Origin: a virus
Length of the DNA: 64,000 nucleotides
Reading direction: 5' to 3' (one strand)
IMG/VR virus record: IMGVR_UViG_3300042308_000216
Location: 31,878 to 95,877 of that record
This document shows, piece after piece, positions 56,001 through 63,643 of this stretch. Both the position numbers and the translations under genes were made by a program. Each line of letters starts with the position of its first letter. The stretch's first letter is position 1. The notes under the pieces were generated by a model, which saw nothing but the letters and a program-made list of their open reading frames with translations, had not been told where the DNA came from and searched no databases.

Positions 56001-56232
56001 TTTTATCTATTTCATGTTGTAGATACCATATTGCTTTCTTTAAGTCTTCAATTCTATCTCCTTTAGCACCTGCTCTAGCAATATACTTTACAGCATTACC
56101 TAAACAAAATCCAAGTTCCCAAGCATCAATTACTTTAATAGCTTCATAAGGATTGCCTTTACCTTTATAGTGATTTGGATGATTTACATTATCCACACAT
56201 TCAGTTTTCCATTGTTTATAGTAATCTATCAT
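55963..56232 (-). CDS. DUF3310 (SaV-like) phage protein
   Basis: DNVNHPNHY...EAI...GFCLGNAVKYIARAG.KG...EDLKKA.WYL. Confidence 0.88.
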   Translation of the reverse strand: MIDYYKQWKTECVDNVNHPNHYKGKGNPYEAIKVIDAWELGFCLGNAVKYIARAGAKGDRIEDLKKAIWYLQHEIDKNGLPNNNESGTL

Positions 56233-56438
56233 CAGAATATCTCCTCTATTATACCTAATACTTCTGCAATACCAAAAGCAATTGCTGCTGATACTAACAT
56301 ATTACATCCTAAAAATGTACATGCACCAAATCTAATCATAGATTTCATAAAACTAATAGTTTGATGTATTCTTGGATTAGGTAGTTCATTTAACTTTTCT
56401 CTATCTTTTATATTTATGATTTTATTTTTCATAACCAT
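56232..56438 (-). CDS. small membrane protein
   Basis: HQTISFMKS.IR, hydrophobic C-terminal half ending AEVLGIIEE. Confidence 0.6.
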   Translation of the reverse strand: MVMKNKIINIKDREKLNELPNPRIHQTISFMKSMIRFGACTFLGCNMLVSAAIAFGIAEVLGIIEEIF

Positions 56439-56623
56439 CTTTTTTGAGCTTTGTTTATTATTTCTAAAATCTCTTCTTGAGATTCTCTTACTCTATATGG
56501 AGAAGCTGTTGTTTCTACTGATGTACAATTAGGCAATGGATACAAACTAACAATATGATTTATGTTAATGTTTATATAATTAGCATTATTTTGCAAATGT
56601 AATTTAATAAATATATTTTTCAT
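56429..56623 (-). CDS. FlbD-like small protein
   Basis: ININHIVSL...VRESQEEILEII pattern. Confidence 0.55.
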   Translation of the reverse strand: MKNIFIKLHLQNNANYINININHIVSLYPLPNCTSVETTASPYRVRESQEEILEIINKAQKRWL

Positions 56624-56871
56624 AATTCATTTAGTTGTTTTAATATTGTTTCTTTGTTTTCAATAGCAAACCAATACATGTTTACATTATCACTATAGTT
56701 AGTACTCCAACCTGGAGAATACTCTTGTAATTTATCATGCTTAATTAGTTTTCTAGATATTGTACTATCTGTAGTAATTACTATAATTGAACACTCTTGG
56801 TATACAACGTATAGTTTCTGTGAATAACTATTAATAGTTATAAACAGTAATAATGTTAATATTGCTTTCAT
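56620..56871 (-). CDS. small secreted protein
   Basis: MKAILTLLLFITINSYSQ, a Bacteroidota-type signal peptide. Confidence 0.6.
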   Translation of the reverse strand: MKAILTLLLFITINSYSQKLYVVYQECSIIVITTDSTISRKLIKHDKLQEYSPGWSTNYSDNVNMYWFAIENKETILKQLNEL

Positions 56872-57164
56872 ATTTTATCTATTGTTGGTGGGTAAAACTC
56901 TACACAGTAAACTCTAAATTTATCTGTGTATGTATTATCCCAATTGTTACCATTTGTACAACATTCATATTCATAATAACCTTCATAATCACTAGGATAT
57001 TTAGAATTATATGGTATAAATGCTATAAATTTACCTGAGTTTCTTTCATCAGCACCGCAATAATTATCTAATGCTTTTCTCATATTGTCAAATGAGTCTG
57101 CAGAAATTACTGGAAACTTTTCATCAAAGTCACAAGCTATATAAATTGCTCTAACTTTTATCAT
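56868..57164 (-). CDS. hypothetical protein
   Basis: 98-aa coupled ORF. Confidence 0.6.
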   Translation of the reverse strand: MIKVRAIYIACDFDEKFPVISADSFDNMRKALDNYCGADERNSGKFIAFIPYNSKYPSDYEGYYEYECCTNGNNWDNTYTDKFRVYCVEFYPPTIDKI

Positions 57165-57165
57165 A

Positions 57166-57999
57166 TTAAAAAATATATCTTATTGTTGTTAAATCAAAGA
57201 ACTCAGCATATAATGCTTTAAATTCTTTTAATAGTCTTGTTTTGTGTTCTAATGGATATCTCATTACTCCTGATGCATTCTTAACTTCAGAACTATATCT
57301 CATAATCTCTCTAGCTTCATCAGTAGTTTTAGCCATTTGATTAGGATGATTAGTAAGAGCTATAATCTCACATTTATTCTCACCTGCCATCTGTTTAACT
57401 TCAGCAAATAAATAAGCATATGCTTCAGTCCAACTTGGATAGAATATCAATGGACTATAGTTAATATGTACTTCCCAACCTAAATCTTTAAGCCTATTGA
57501 TGTCTTGTATTCTATCAGATATTTTTTGCATATTAGGTTCTAGTATATCTGAGAATCTCTGTGGCATTAAACTAACTCTAACTCTAGGTTTTTTAATAAA
57601 ATGATTAACATCTAGCTTTAATAATCCTGGATATTTAGTAGCCATTGTAGTATTTAATCTAGGATGGTCATCATATCTTTTAAGATAGTCTAATAGTGGT
57701 TCAGGCATATGCTTTTGCATTAATACCAAATCACTATTACAAGCTATATCTACCATAGTATACACAGGATCTTGTTGGTCTGGTACTTTAGTATATGATT
57801 TCTCCCATTCTACAACAGAATTAAATACATCATCTACATTGCTGTTTACAAATACTCTAGTATCATTGTGTCTAGACATATAACAATATGTATTAACACA
57901 ACCACCAAAGCAACCATATATAACATTAGGTGCTATACAATTAGCACTGTTGTCATTAGGTTTAGTTACTAATGTTTTAGTTTTTTGTATCTTAATCAT
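57166..57999 (-). CDS. splB: spore-photoproduct-lyase-like radical SAM enzyme
   Basis: GCFGGCVNTYCY cluster motif, DIACNSD (cf. SplB SCTSD), ATKY, RVRVSL, C-terminal MRY. Confidence 0.75.
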   Translation of the reverse strand: MIKIQKTKTLVTKPNDNSANCIAPNVIYGCFGGCVNTYCYMSRHNDTRVFVNSNVDDVFNSVVEWEKSYTKVPDQQDPVYTMVDIACNSDLVLMQKHMPEPLLDYLKRYDDHPRLNTTMATKYPGLLKLDVNHFIKKPRVRVSLMPQRFSDILEPNMQKISDRIQDINRLKDLGWEVHINYSPLIFYPSWTEAYAYLFAEVKQMAGENKCEIIALTNHPNQMAKTTDEAREIMRYSSEVKNASGVMRYPLEHKTRLLKEFKALYAEFFDLTTIRYIF

Positions 58000-58361
58000 A
58001 ATTTCTTTTTAGCGTTGTTTACAATTTCAAATACTTTATATGATTCAAGTTCTGCCCATGTAATAAGTTCTTCTTCATCACTATGTAAATCAAAGCTCAT
58101 GTGCATAAGCTCATGCATGATGAGTCCAAAGGTTTCAATGTCAGTATTACATCTGCTTAAATTGATAAATACAAAATGCTCATTAGAATTTGGAATAATA
58201 TTGCACCATCCTGCAATGTATGCAGATTCAGTTGTATTATTATGCTTTTCACAATCTGCAAGATTAAGTCCATGCATTTCTGTAACATTATAATGTGTGA
58301 ATATATCACAAGGATTATAACTCATTAATAGAGTATATAATGCAAATTTAATTTCTATCAT
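57996..58361 (-). CDS. small zincin-like metallopeptidase
   Basis: HELMH (HExxH) followed by EEE. Confidence 0.6.
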   Translation of the reverse strand: MIEIKFALYTLLMSYNPCDIFTHYNVTEMHGLNLADCEKHNNTTESAYIAGWCNIIPNSNEHFVFINLSRCNTDIETFGLIMHELMHMSFDLHSDEEELITWAELESYKVFEIVNNAKKKL

Positions 58362-58502
58362 GTTTAAGTTTTAATATTGTTAAAAATATAATTAAACAGA
58401 GCGTGCTTGGAAACTTAATCCACTACACTATATGCTTCTCTGTAAAATTATATTAGGACCATCACAGTTATGATGGACTCCACCAACTAATCCCCATTAG
58501 TG

Positions 58503-58881
58503 TGGAGGTAATGGGAGTCGAACCCATGTCTCAAAATAAATTTCAATTGTTTTCTACAAGTTTATCTAGATACCTACTAGCAGGTTTTAACAGTCTTACA
58601 ACTATCAGATAGATTGTGGATTCTATTATCCTCTATATGCCTTTAGAACAAGGTTTTTGTACTTAATTAGACAAGCTCAAGTACAGGAGCTTCAACATCA
58701 TTAAATGATGCTACAAGGTCTGCGATGGCAGATTTACCAACTACGTCAGCAATCTTACCTGTTTCAATAGTGTTTCCAGCTATTATTATCTACTAATATT
58801 TAAAGTCCTCACATTATTAGACAAGGGACTACTTGCTTACATACTTACTCTTTGTATTCTGATCAATACCATGATACCCCC
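58503..58881 (-). ncRNA. ssrA: tmRNA
   Basis: 5' GGGGGTA pairs with 3' TACCTCC-A, including the G3:U70 Ala identity pair; T-arm ATGGG-TTCGACT-CCCAT; pk1 (agtcc/ggact, ctaata/tattag); ATAGCT then resume GGA; tag ORF 58777-58667; 379 nt. Confidence 0.92.
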
Positions 58882-59097
58882 AATTTTAACACTCTATTTT
58901 ATCCAACTACAAGTGTTATGGCTGTCCTTGATTTAATCAAGTTAGGAATAAACTACTGAGCTAATCACAACTAGTAAGCTCTTTTGGTGCAGATAGTTAA
59001 TCTGAATAGAACTTTGTCCTATTAGCAATCTCATATGGCCATCACACCATTTCTCATCATTCAGAGCTGAACTATCTGTTGTATGTTACAGAACGTG

Positions 59098-59167
59098 TAG
59101 TCAGAACAGGATTTGCACCTGCTATTTCCTAATGATTAGGTGTCATATCTAAAATGACCTCCTGACT
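59098..59167 (-). ncRNA. tRNA-like element / pseudo-tRNA with shortened anticodon arm centred on TCA
   Basis: AGTCAGG/TCTGACT acceptor, GTCA/TGAC D stem, CCTAA-TCA-TTAGG, GCAGG-TGCAAAT-CCTGT T arm. Confidence 0.65.
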
Positions 59168-59172
59168 ATTTG

Positions 59173-59244
59173 TGTTCCCACTAGGAATCGAACCTAGATT
59201 GATGGTTTAGAAAACCATTGTTCTATCCGTTGAACTATGGAAAC
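59173..59244 (-). tRNA. tRNA-Arg (anticodon TCT)
   Basis: GTTTCCA/TGGGAAC acceptor, GTTC/GAAC D arm, ATGGT-TTTCTAA-ACCAT, CTAGG-TTCGATT-CCTAG; CCA not encoded; fits the dominant AGA usage. Confidence 0.93.
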
Positions 59245-59364
59245 AATGTGTAAAATTAAAAAATAAATATTAGAAAGCCATATAAAAACTAACATTTATT
59301 TTGTCGATGTAAAACTGTTTAGTTTTATGTTTAAAATAGGTTATATGGTTTTTTTAGTAAAATC

Positions 59365-59748
59365 TTAATGCCAATAGAAAAAGTAACCACTTTCATCTTT
59401 ATAATGGTATATTGAATATACAATTCCATTATCTCTTAACATCCATCCATCATATACTTTAAAGTATTTTCTAGTATTATAAGTATTAATAATATAATCA
59501 GCTGCTTCTTTTGTAATAGCTAAAATTAATATTGAAGTACAAATACTATCTGCATCTAAATAATAATTAACAATTACATCAGAATGAGGATAGCGTTCTA
59601 AATAAAATCTACCCTGTGGTGAATGTTTATATTCAATACCTTCAAACTTAAAATCATTGTAAAGTTCTTTTCCTGTTTTATTTAAGCTTACTTGTGAATT
59701 TGCTGTCAATGTAATCATTAAAACAGCAGCAATCAATAAATTTTTCAT
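59365..59748 (-). CDS. secreted/periplasmic hypothetical protein
   Basis: MKNLLIAAVLMITLTANSQ signal peptide. Confidence 0.7.
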   Translation of the reverse strand: MKNLLIAAVLMITLTANSQVSLNKTGKELYNDFKFEGIEYKHSPQGRFYLERYPHSDVIVNYYLDADSICTSILILAITKEAADYIINTYNTRKYFKVYDGWMLRDNGIVYSIYHYKDESGYFFYWH

Positions 59749-59770
59749 GTTAATTTAGGGATTAGAGATT

Positions 59771-59809
59771 AAAAATAAAAATAAAAATGGGGGCTTTTAC
59801 ACCCCCATT
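59771..59809 (-). terminator. intrinsic terminator
   Basis: atggggg-tgtaaaag-cccccat hairpin then ttttattttta on the minus strand. Confidence 0.8.
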
Positions 59810-59831
59810 AAAGCAACAACTCTTTGTTTAA

Positions 59832-60311
59832 TTATCCACCAATTTCAGCACGAAGTGCTTCTAAAGCAGATACATTGTTGTTAACTGGTGCTTCTGCCAT
59901 AATTTCATGGCCTTTGCTTTTGAATGCAGCTTTCACTGTTGATTCATAAGCAGGAGAGTCAGTGTCTCCAAATACTATTGTAGTATATGTTGATACTGTT
60001 TTAGTGCTACCATCAGATGCTGTAATGTCGTAAGCTACAACCTCTCTGGTTTCAATAGAACCAGCGAACCATCCACCAAGTGAAGGATTATTTGCATTGA
60101 AAATTGGATCTGCATAACCTGCATCCATTTTGTTTAAATAGCTATTCTCATAGCAATTGATTTTAACTGTTTTAGACTGACTTGCTGGCAATAACATTTT
60201 CCCAAAAGGGGTATCTACATGTTTTACCTCGCTAAAAGCTACTGTTTTATAGCTTCTGTTGTTTCTGTCTTGTTTTACTTCTGACTCAGATGTTTTTACA
60301 ATAGTGTTCAT
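59832..60311 (-). CDS. hypothetical protein (possible OB-fold ssDNA-binding)
   Basis: 159 aa, beta-rich, followed by its own terminator. Confidence 0.6.
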   Translation of the reverse strand: MNTIVKTSESEVKQDRNNRSYKTVAFSEVKHVDTPFGKMLLPASQSKTVKINCYENSYLNKMDAGYADPIFNANNPSLGGWFAGSIETREVVAYDITASDGSTKTVSTYTTIVFGDTDSPAYESTVKAAFKSKGHEIMAEAPVNNNVSALEALRAEIGG

Positions 60312-60315
60312 AATT

Positions 60316-60558
60316 TTACTTGTTTTTGTTTTTGTTAAATTGTTTGTTGTTGTTTTTCGATTGTTGCTTTTCTTTTATAGACTTTATAGCTAGTCTAATA
60401 TTATTTATATCAGTTTGACATTGATTAAACATAGGCATATTACCATTGTTTATATAATAATCGCTCCACATGAAATTCATTTGGAGATTCTTATGGAGAA
60501 TATCAATCTCCGTCATGTCGTAAGAATTCCATCTTACAGGCATAGTGAATGTAGTCAT
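60316..60558 (-). CDS. hypothetical protein
   Basis: 80-aa ORF. Confidence 0.6.
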   Translation of the reverse strand: MTTFTMPVRWNSYDMTEIDILHKNLQMNFMWSDYYINNGNMPMFNQCQTDINNIRLAIKSIKEKQQSKNNNKQFNKNKNK

Positions 60559-60728
60559 AGTTTTTTAATTAAAGTGAATAAATGATTTGCTTGTGAGTTA
60601 AAGTCTAAATTTTCATTGTAAGCTTTAACTCTTGTTAACTTCATTGGTTTAGAAATAAATGTACTTTCTGATTTTTTAGTAACCAAAGAGCTAATTTTAA
60701 GCCTAAGAAATTCATAAGGTGTTTGCAT
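60555..60728 (-). CDS. small hypothetical protein (57 aa, missed by ORF track): MQTPYEFLRLK...LIKKL
   Basis: Fills the gap and ends in an ATGA overlap with the 60558 start. Confidence 0.55.
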   Translation of the reverse strand: MQTPYEFLRLKISSLVTKKSESTFISKPMKLTRVKAYNENLDFNSQANHLFTLIKKL

Positions 60729-60807
60729 AAATACAAAAGATTAGAGTTACTAATAGATACAATATTGATATTGTAGCAAGTGGATGCCTTCTAATTAATC
60801 TTGTCAT
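60712..60807 (-). CDS. 31-aa single-TM peptide MTRLIRRHPLATISILYLLVTLIFCIYANTL (missed by ORF track)
   Basis: ATGA overlap with the upstream stop; basic N-terminus plus hydrophobic helix. Confidence 0.5.
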   Translation of the reverse strand: MTRLIRRHPLATISILYLLVTLIFCIYANTL

Positions 60808-61076
60808 AGAGTTACAATAAATTGGTTTTTACGTTTAACAATCTTAAAATTACTTGATGTTACAGCATCAATAAATTGACGTTTTAATATTTCTTCATTT
60901 TGTTTGTGTAATAAGACATAATAATGTTGCCTTATAGCACTTAAGCTTCTATGAAGCTTTTTAGCAGCTAAATTAAGACCATATTCCAATATATATTGGT
61001 TATTTTGATCTATGATTTTCATTAGTTCTTTGTCTTCTTTTTCAGACCATGAACTTTTACTTAGAGTTTTCCTCAT
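60804..61076 (-). CDS. Myb/SANT-like HTH DNA-binding protein
   Basis: WSEKEDKELM...AAKKLHRSLSAIRQHY. Confidence 0.7.
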   Translation of the reverse strand: MRKTLSKSSWSEKEDKELMKIIDQNNQYILEYGLNLAAKKLHRSLSAIRQHYYVLLHKQNEEILKRQFIDAVTSSNFKIVKRKNQFIVTL

Positions 61077-61299
61077 TGTTATCAATTAAAGGGTTAATAA
61101 TATGAGCAGTATATTCTGGTTGCTCATCCAGTTCATCTTGTTTTGGAATCAGTACTATTTCAACAATACGGCTATCATATTTATCAATAATATTCATAGC
61201 TTGAATACTTGACATATTATAAACCTTTTGTTTAACAGGCACTGATGGAACGTAGACAAAATAACTATTGCCTACGTTCACAATCTCGCCAATATACAT
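61057..61299 (-). CDS. hypothetical protein
   Basis: 80-aa coupled ORF. Confidence 0.55.
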   Translation of the reverse strand: MYIGEIVNVGNSYFVYVPSVPVKQKVYNMSSIQAMNIIDKYDSRIVEIVLIPKQDELDEQPEYTAHIINPLIDNNEENSK

Positions 61300-61511
61300 T
61301 AGTGTCTACCAGGTAAAGCTTTAATACCACGACAACCATGTCCAACAAGACCATTTTTTTTAGCGTGTTTTCTCGCCTTGCGATTTTTCTTGTGTTTCTT
61401 TTTTTTAGGTTTGCCATCGTTAAGCTCATAAGAGCTTTTTATTTCGTAAGTTTCAGCAGAAACATTAGCAGTAAAAACTACTAGGACGATAAGGAAAAAT
61501 AAATTTTTCAT
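61299..61511 (-). CDS. exported, strongly cationic peptide
   Basis: Signal peptide (..TANVSA) then KPKKKKHKKNRKARKHAKK. Confidence 0.6.
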   Translation of the reverse strand: MKNLFFLIVLVVFTANVSAETYEIKSSYELNDGKPKKKKHKKNRKARKHAKKNGLVGHGCRGIKALPGRH

Positions 61512-61546
61512 CTTGTTTAGTTTTAAAGGGTTAGTTAAAAATTAAA

Positions 61547-61972
61547 TTAAAAATCCAAATGTATTTCATCTGGAGGTGGTGGCAATTCGTTATCATTATT
61601 TAAATTGTGTAAATCCCATGTACCTGGAAACATGCTTCTAGACAATGCTTTAATTTGTTTCTCAGCAATATCTATATCAGTTAAGCATTTAAGCACCATA
61701 CCTTTTTGCTTATATTCAAAGTATTTGGTATAAATTTCAGACATCATTCTATTTAAATTCATTTGAGTTGTTACATCAAACTCAAAAGAATAGTATTTAC
61801 TGCCTTTTTTAAATTTACCATTCTTATCATAAGAATCTCTTCCTTGAAAGACTGTAATACCTTTGTCTTTGTGTTCACCTACATCAAGTTTAGTTGCATA
61901 AGTCATTTTAACTCTTATACCACTATCAGTAAGAGTAGTTTTACAATTTGGAGGGAGTTTTACTTGTAACAT
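61547..61972 (-). CDS. hypothetical protein
   Basis: 141-aa ORF with A-rich leader; C-terminal LPPPPDEI. Confidence 0.65.
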   Translation of the reverse strand: MLQVKLPPNCKTTLTDSGIRVKMTYATKLDVGEHKDKGITVFQGRDSYDKNGKFKKGSKYYSFEFDVTTQMNLNRMMSEIYTKYFEYKQKGMVLKCLTDIDIAEKQIKALSRSMFPGTWDLHNLNNDNELPPPPDEIHLDF

Positions 61973-62064
61973 TTTTTAGTTTTTTTTAAAAGTGAATAAA
62001 AAAATAAAGCCTTTTGTCTTCATGCTTAGGAATACGTCGGATATCACGACCTTTCTATTATATT

Positions 62065-62304
62065 TTACCATCTAAATTGGACATCTTCATCCCAATAATC
62101 TTCTTCAGTAAGAAGTTCTTGGATTTCTTGTTCAGCAAAGTTTGCTTCAATTCCTGATTGATATTTAATTTCAACAGGATTACTATCAATTAAAAACTCG
62201 TAGTAATTAATTATAGCTAATACACTTGCACTTGGAATAACGCTATTATCCATTAAATTGGTAAAGCGTTTACTAGTTTGAGCCATTGCTTCTAATCTTG
62301 TCAT
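62065..62304 (-). CDS. hypothetical protein
   Basis: 79-aa ORF with acidic C-terminus. Confidence 0.55.
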   Translation of the reverse strand: MTRLEAMAQTSKRFTNLMDNSVIPSASVLAIINYYEFLIDSNPVEIKYQSGIEANFAEQEIQELLTEEDYWDEDVQFRW

Positions 62305-62426
62305 ATTTTAATAAGATTATCATTGTGAGTAATATATTCTGTACCATCATCATCCCTGACAATAGTATAATCATCTGTAGATTTTACAATACTACAGAAT
62401 ACTTTGTGTAATGCATCGTAATACAT
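62301..62426 (-). CDS. 41-aa hypothetical protein MYYDALHKVFCS...NLIKI (missed by ORF track)
   Basis: A-rich leader; ATGA overlap with the 62304 start. Confidence 0.55.
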   Translation of the reverse strand: MYYDALHKVFCSIVKSTDDYTIVRDDDGTEYITHNDNLIKI

Positions 62427-62642
62427 TTATATAGATTTAATTAATTACAAATAAAAAATGCGTGGTAGTTATATTACCACTAGGTTAATGTCTTGTAACC
62501 TATACAATGCAAACTACGATGAGTTTGTCTAATCAGCGGCCAATATAACTGTTTATGGTTAGTGTTCCACGTGCCTTTTGCGCTAAACTGTCACTACTCA
62601 GTATTATTATAACCTGTGCACAAGTTATAACTGCTATGTTCT

Positions 62643-62975
62643 TTAATCTGCAAAAAAACATTGTCTATGTAATTCATTGAATTCTTTTTGCATTTCAAGA
62701 AATTTACATAGAATCTGATCTTTTAATGTTTGACCAAAAGACTCAAATTCATCAATAGTAGAAGTTAATTGCTTAACTCCCCATGTGTAATCACCTAAAT
62801 AAACAACCTGCTTAATCTGATTATGTTCTGGTTTTCTAGGATTAGAAGGAAACCAAGTCAGATTATCTTTAGCTGTTCCTACAGGTACACCACAATATAA
62901 TATTGTGTAGTTTCTGTCTATAGTAAGATCATTGTTTATTTCTAACACTGTTCCTTTTGTTATTTCTGCGTGCAT
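62643..62975 (-). CDS. hypothetical protein
   Basis: 110-aa ORF. Confidence 0.6.
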   Translation of the reverse strand: MHAEITKGTVLEINNDLTIDRNYTILYCGVPVGTAKDNLTWFPSNPRKPEHNQIKQVVYLGDYTWGVKQLTSTIDEFESFGQTLKDQILCKFLEMQKEFNELHRQCFFAD

Positions 62976-63005
62976 TGTATATAAGTTTAGTTAGTTACGA
63001 AAGAA

Positions 63006-63590
63006 AATATTTACATTTAGTTGTAATTTGCACAATGGTCATGGATATAAATCCCCATTATTATACTATTAACAGTTTTGAGTTTTACCTCACTGAAAGC
63101 ATACTAAACAGTGTACGTAATATTTAGTACTCTAAGTGTTCATCTTTCTGTTAAATATTCGTATAACACGCTTACAAATTACAACTAAGTGTAAAGATTA
63201 TTAACAATGTAGGTGGACGTTTTCATCTCCTAATTGATTGTTAAATAATATTATTTGCCCATCTGCACTCAGTTGTAATCCGCACAACATAAAACTTACT
63301 CATCGCTATGCAGTGATTGCTGCCTTATAAGCTACATTAGTAAGCTGAGTTCTTGTTGATACTACTTAAGAATTACAACTGCTCACCCTTTGGAAACTGA
63401 TTAATAACTATGGTAGAGTTCCAACTTATCCTTAGCAATATACTAGTAAATGATTAACTAGTGCTTACCTTCAGTATCTCCCCTATTTTCCCAACTTCAT
63501 TATTAATCAGTGTAGTTTCATATCTTAAATGTATTTGTATTTCTACAGCCTATATTTCTTCAGCCAACCATTTAAGATATTATACTACGT
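63006..63590. ncRNA. array of five adjacent stem-closed structured noncoding units
   Basis: Inverted repeats 63010-63030/63175-63195, 63201-63208/63237-63244, 63270-63279/63372-63381, 63396-63407/63500-63511, 63520-63531/63569-63580; no ORF of 60 aa or more. Confidence 0.6.
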
Positions 63591-63643
63591 GAGTTGTGGT
63601 GCATTAACAAATTTGGAAGCTTATGGTTTACCAACCTATAGTT

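Noticed and set aside
58440-59100. HDV-like theta ribozymes after the tRNA/tmRNA, or a hammerhead near 62530
   Set aside because: I could not build the nested double-pseudoknot or a complete CUGAnGA/GAAA core by eye; a descriptor search would be needed
59098-59167. Selenocysteine tRNA (UCA)
   Set aside because: Only 70 nt, with no long variable arm or extended acceptor stem
38755-61969. Plus-strand ORFs within the replication arm (e.g. 38755-38994, 55120-55425, 55453-55818, 57985-58293) and nested minus ORFs 45002-45190 and 53748-53981
   Set aside because: Antisense or out-of-frame overlaps with well-supported genes
63006-63590. CRISPR mini-array or transposon terminal repeats
   Set aside because: The repeats are inverted, differ between units and lack regular direct-repeat/spacer periodicity; there is no cas or transposase gene
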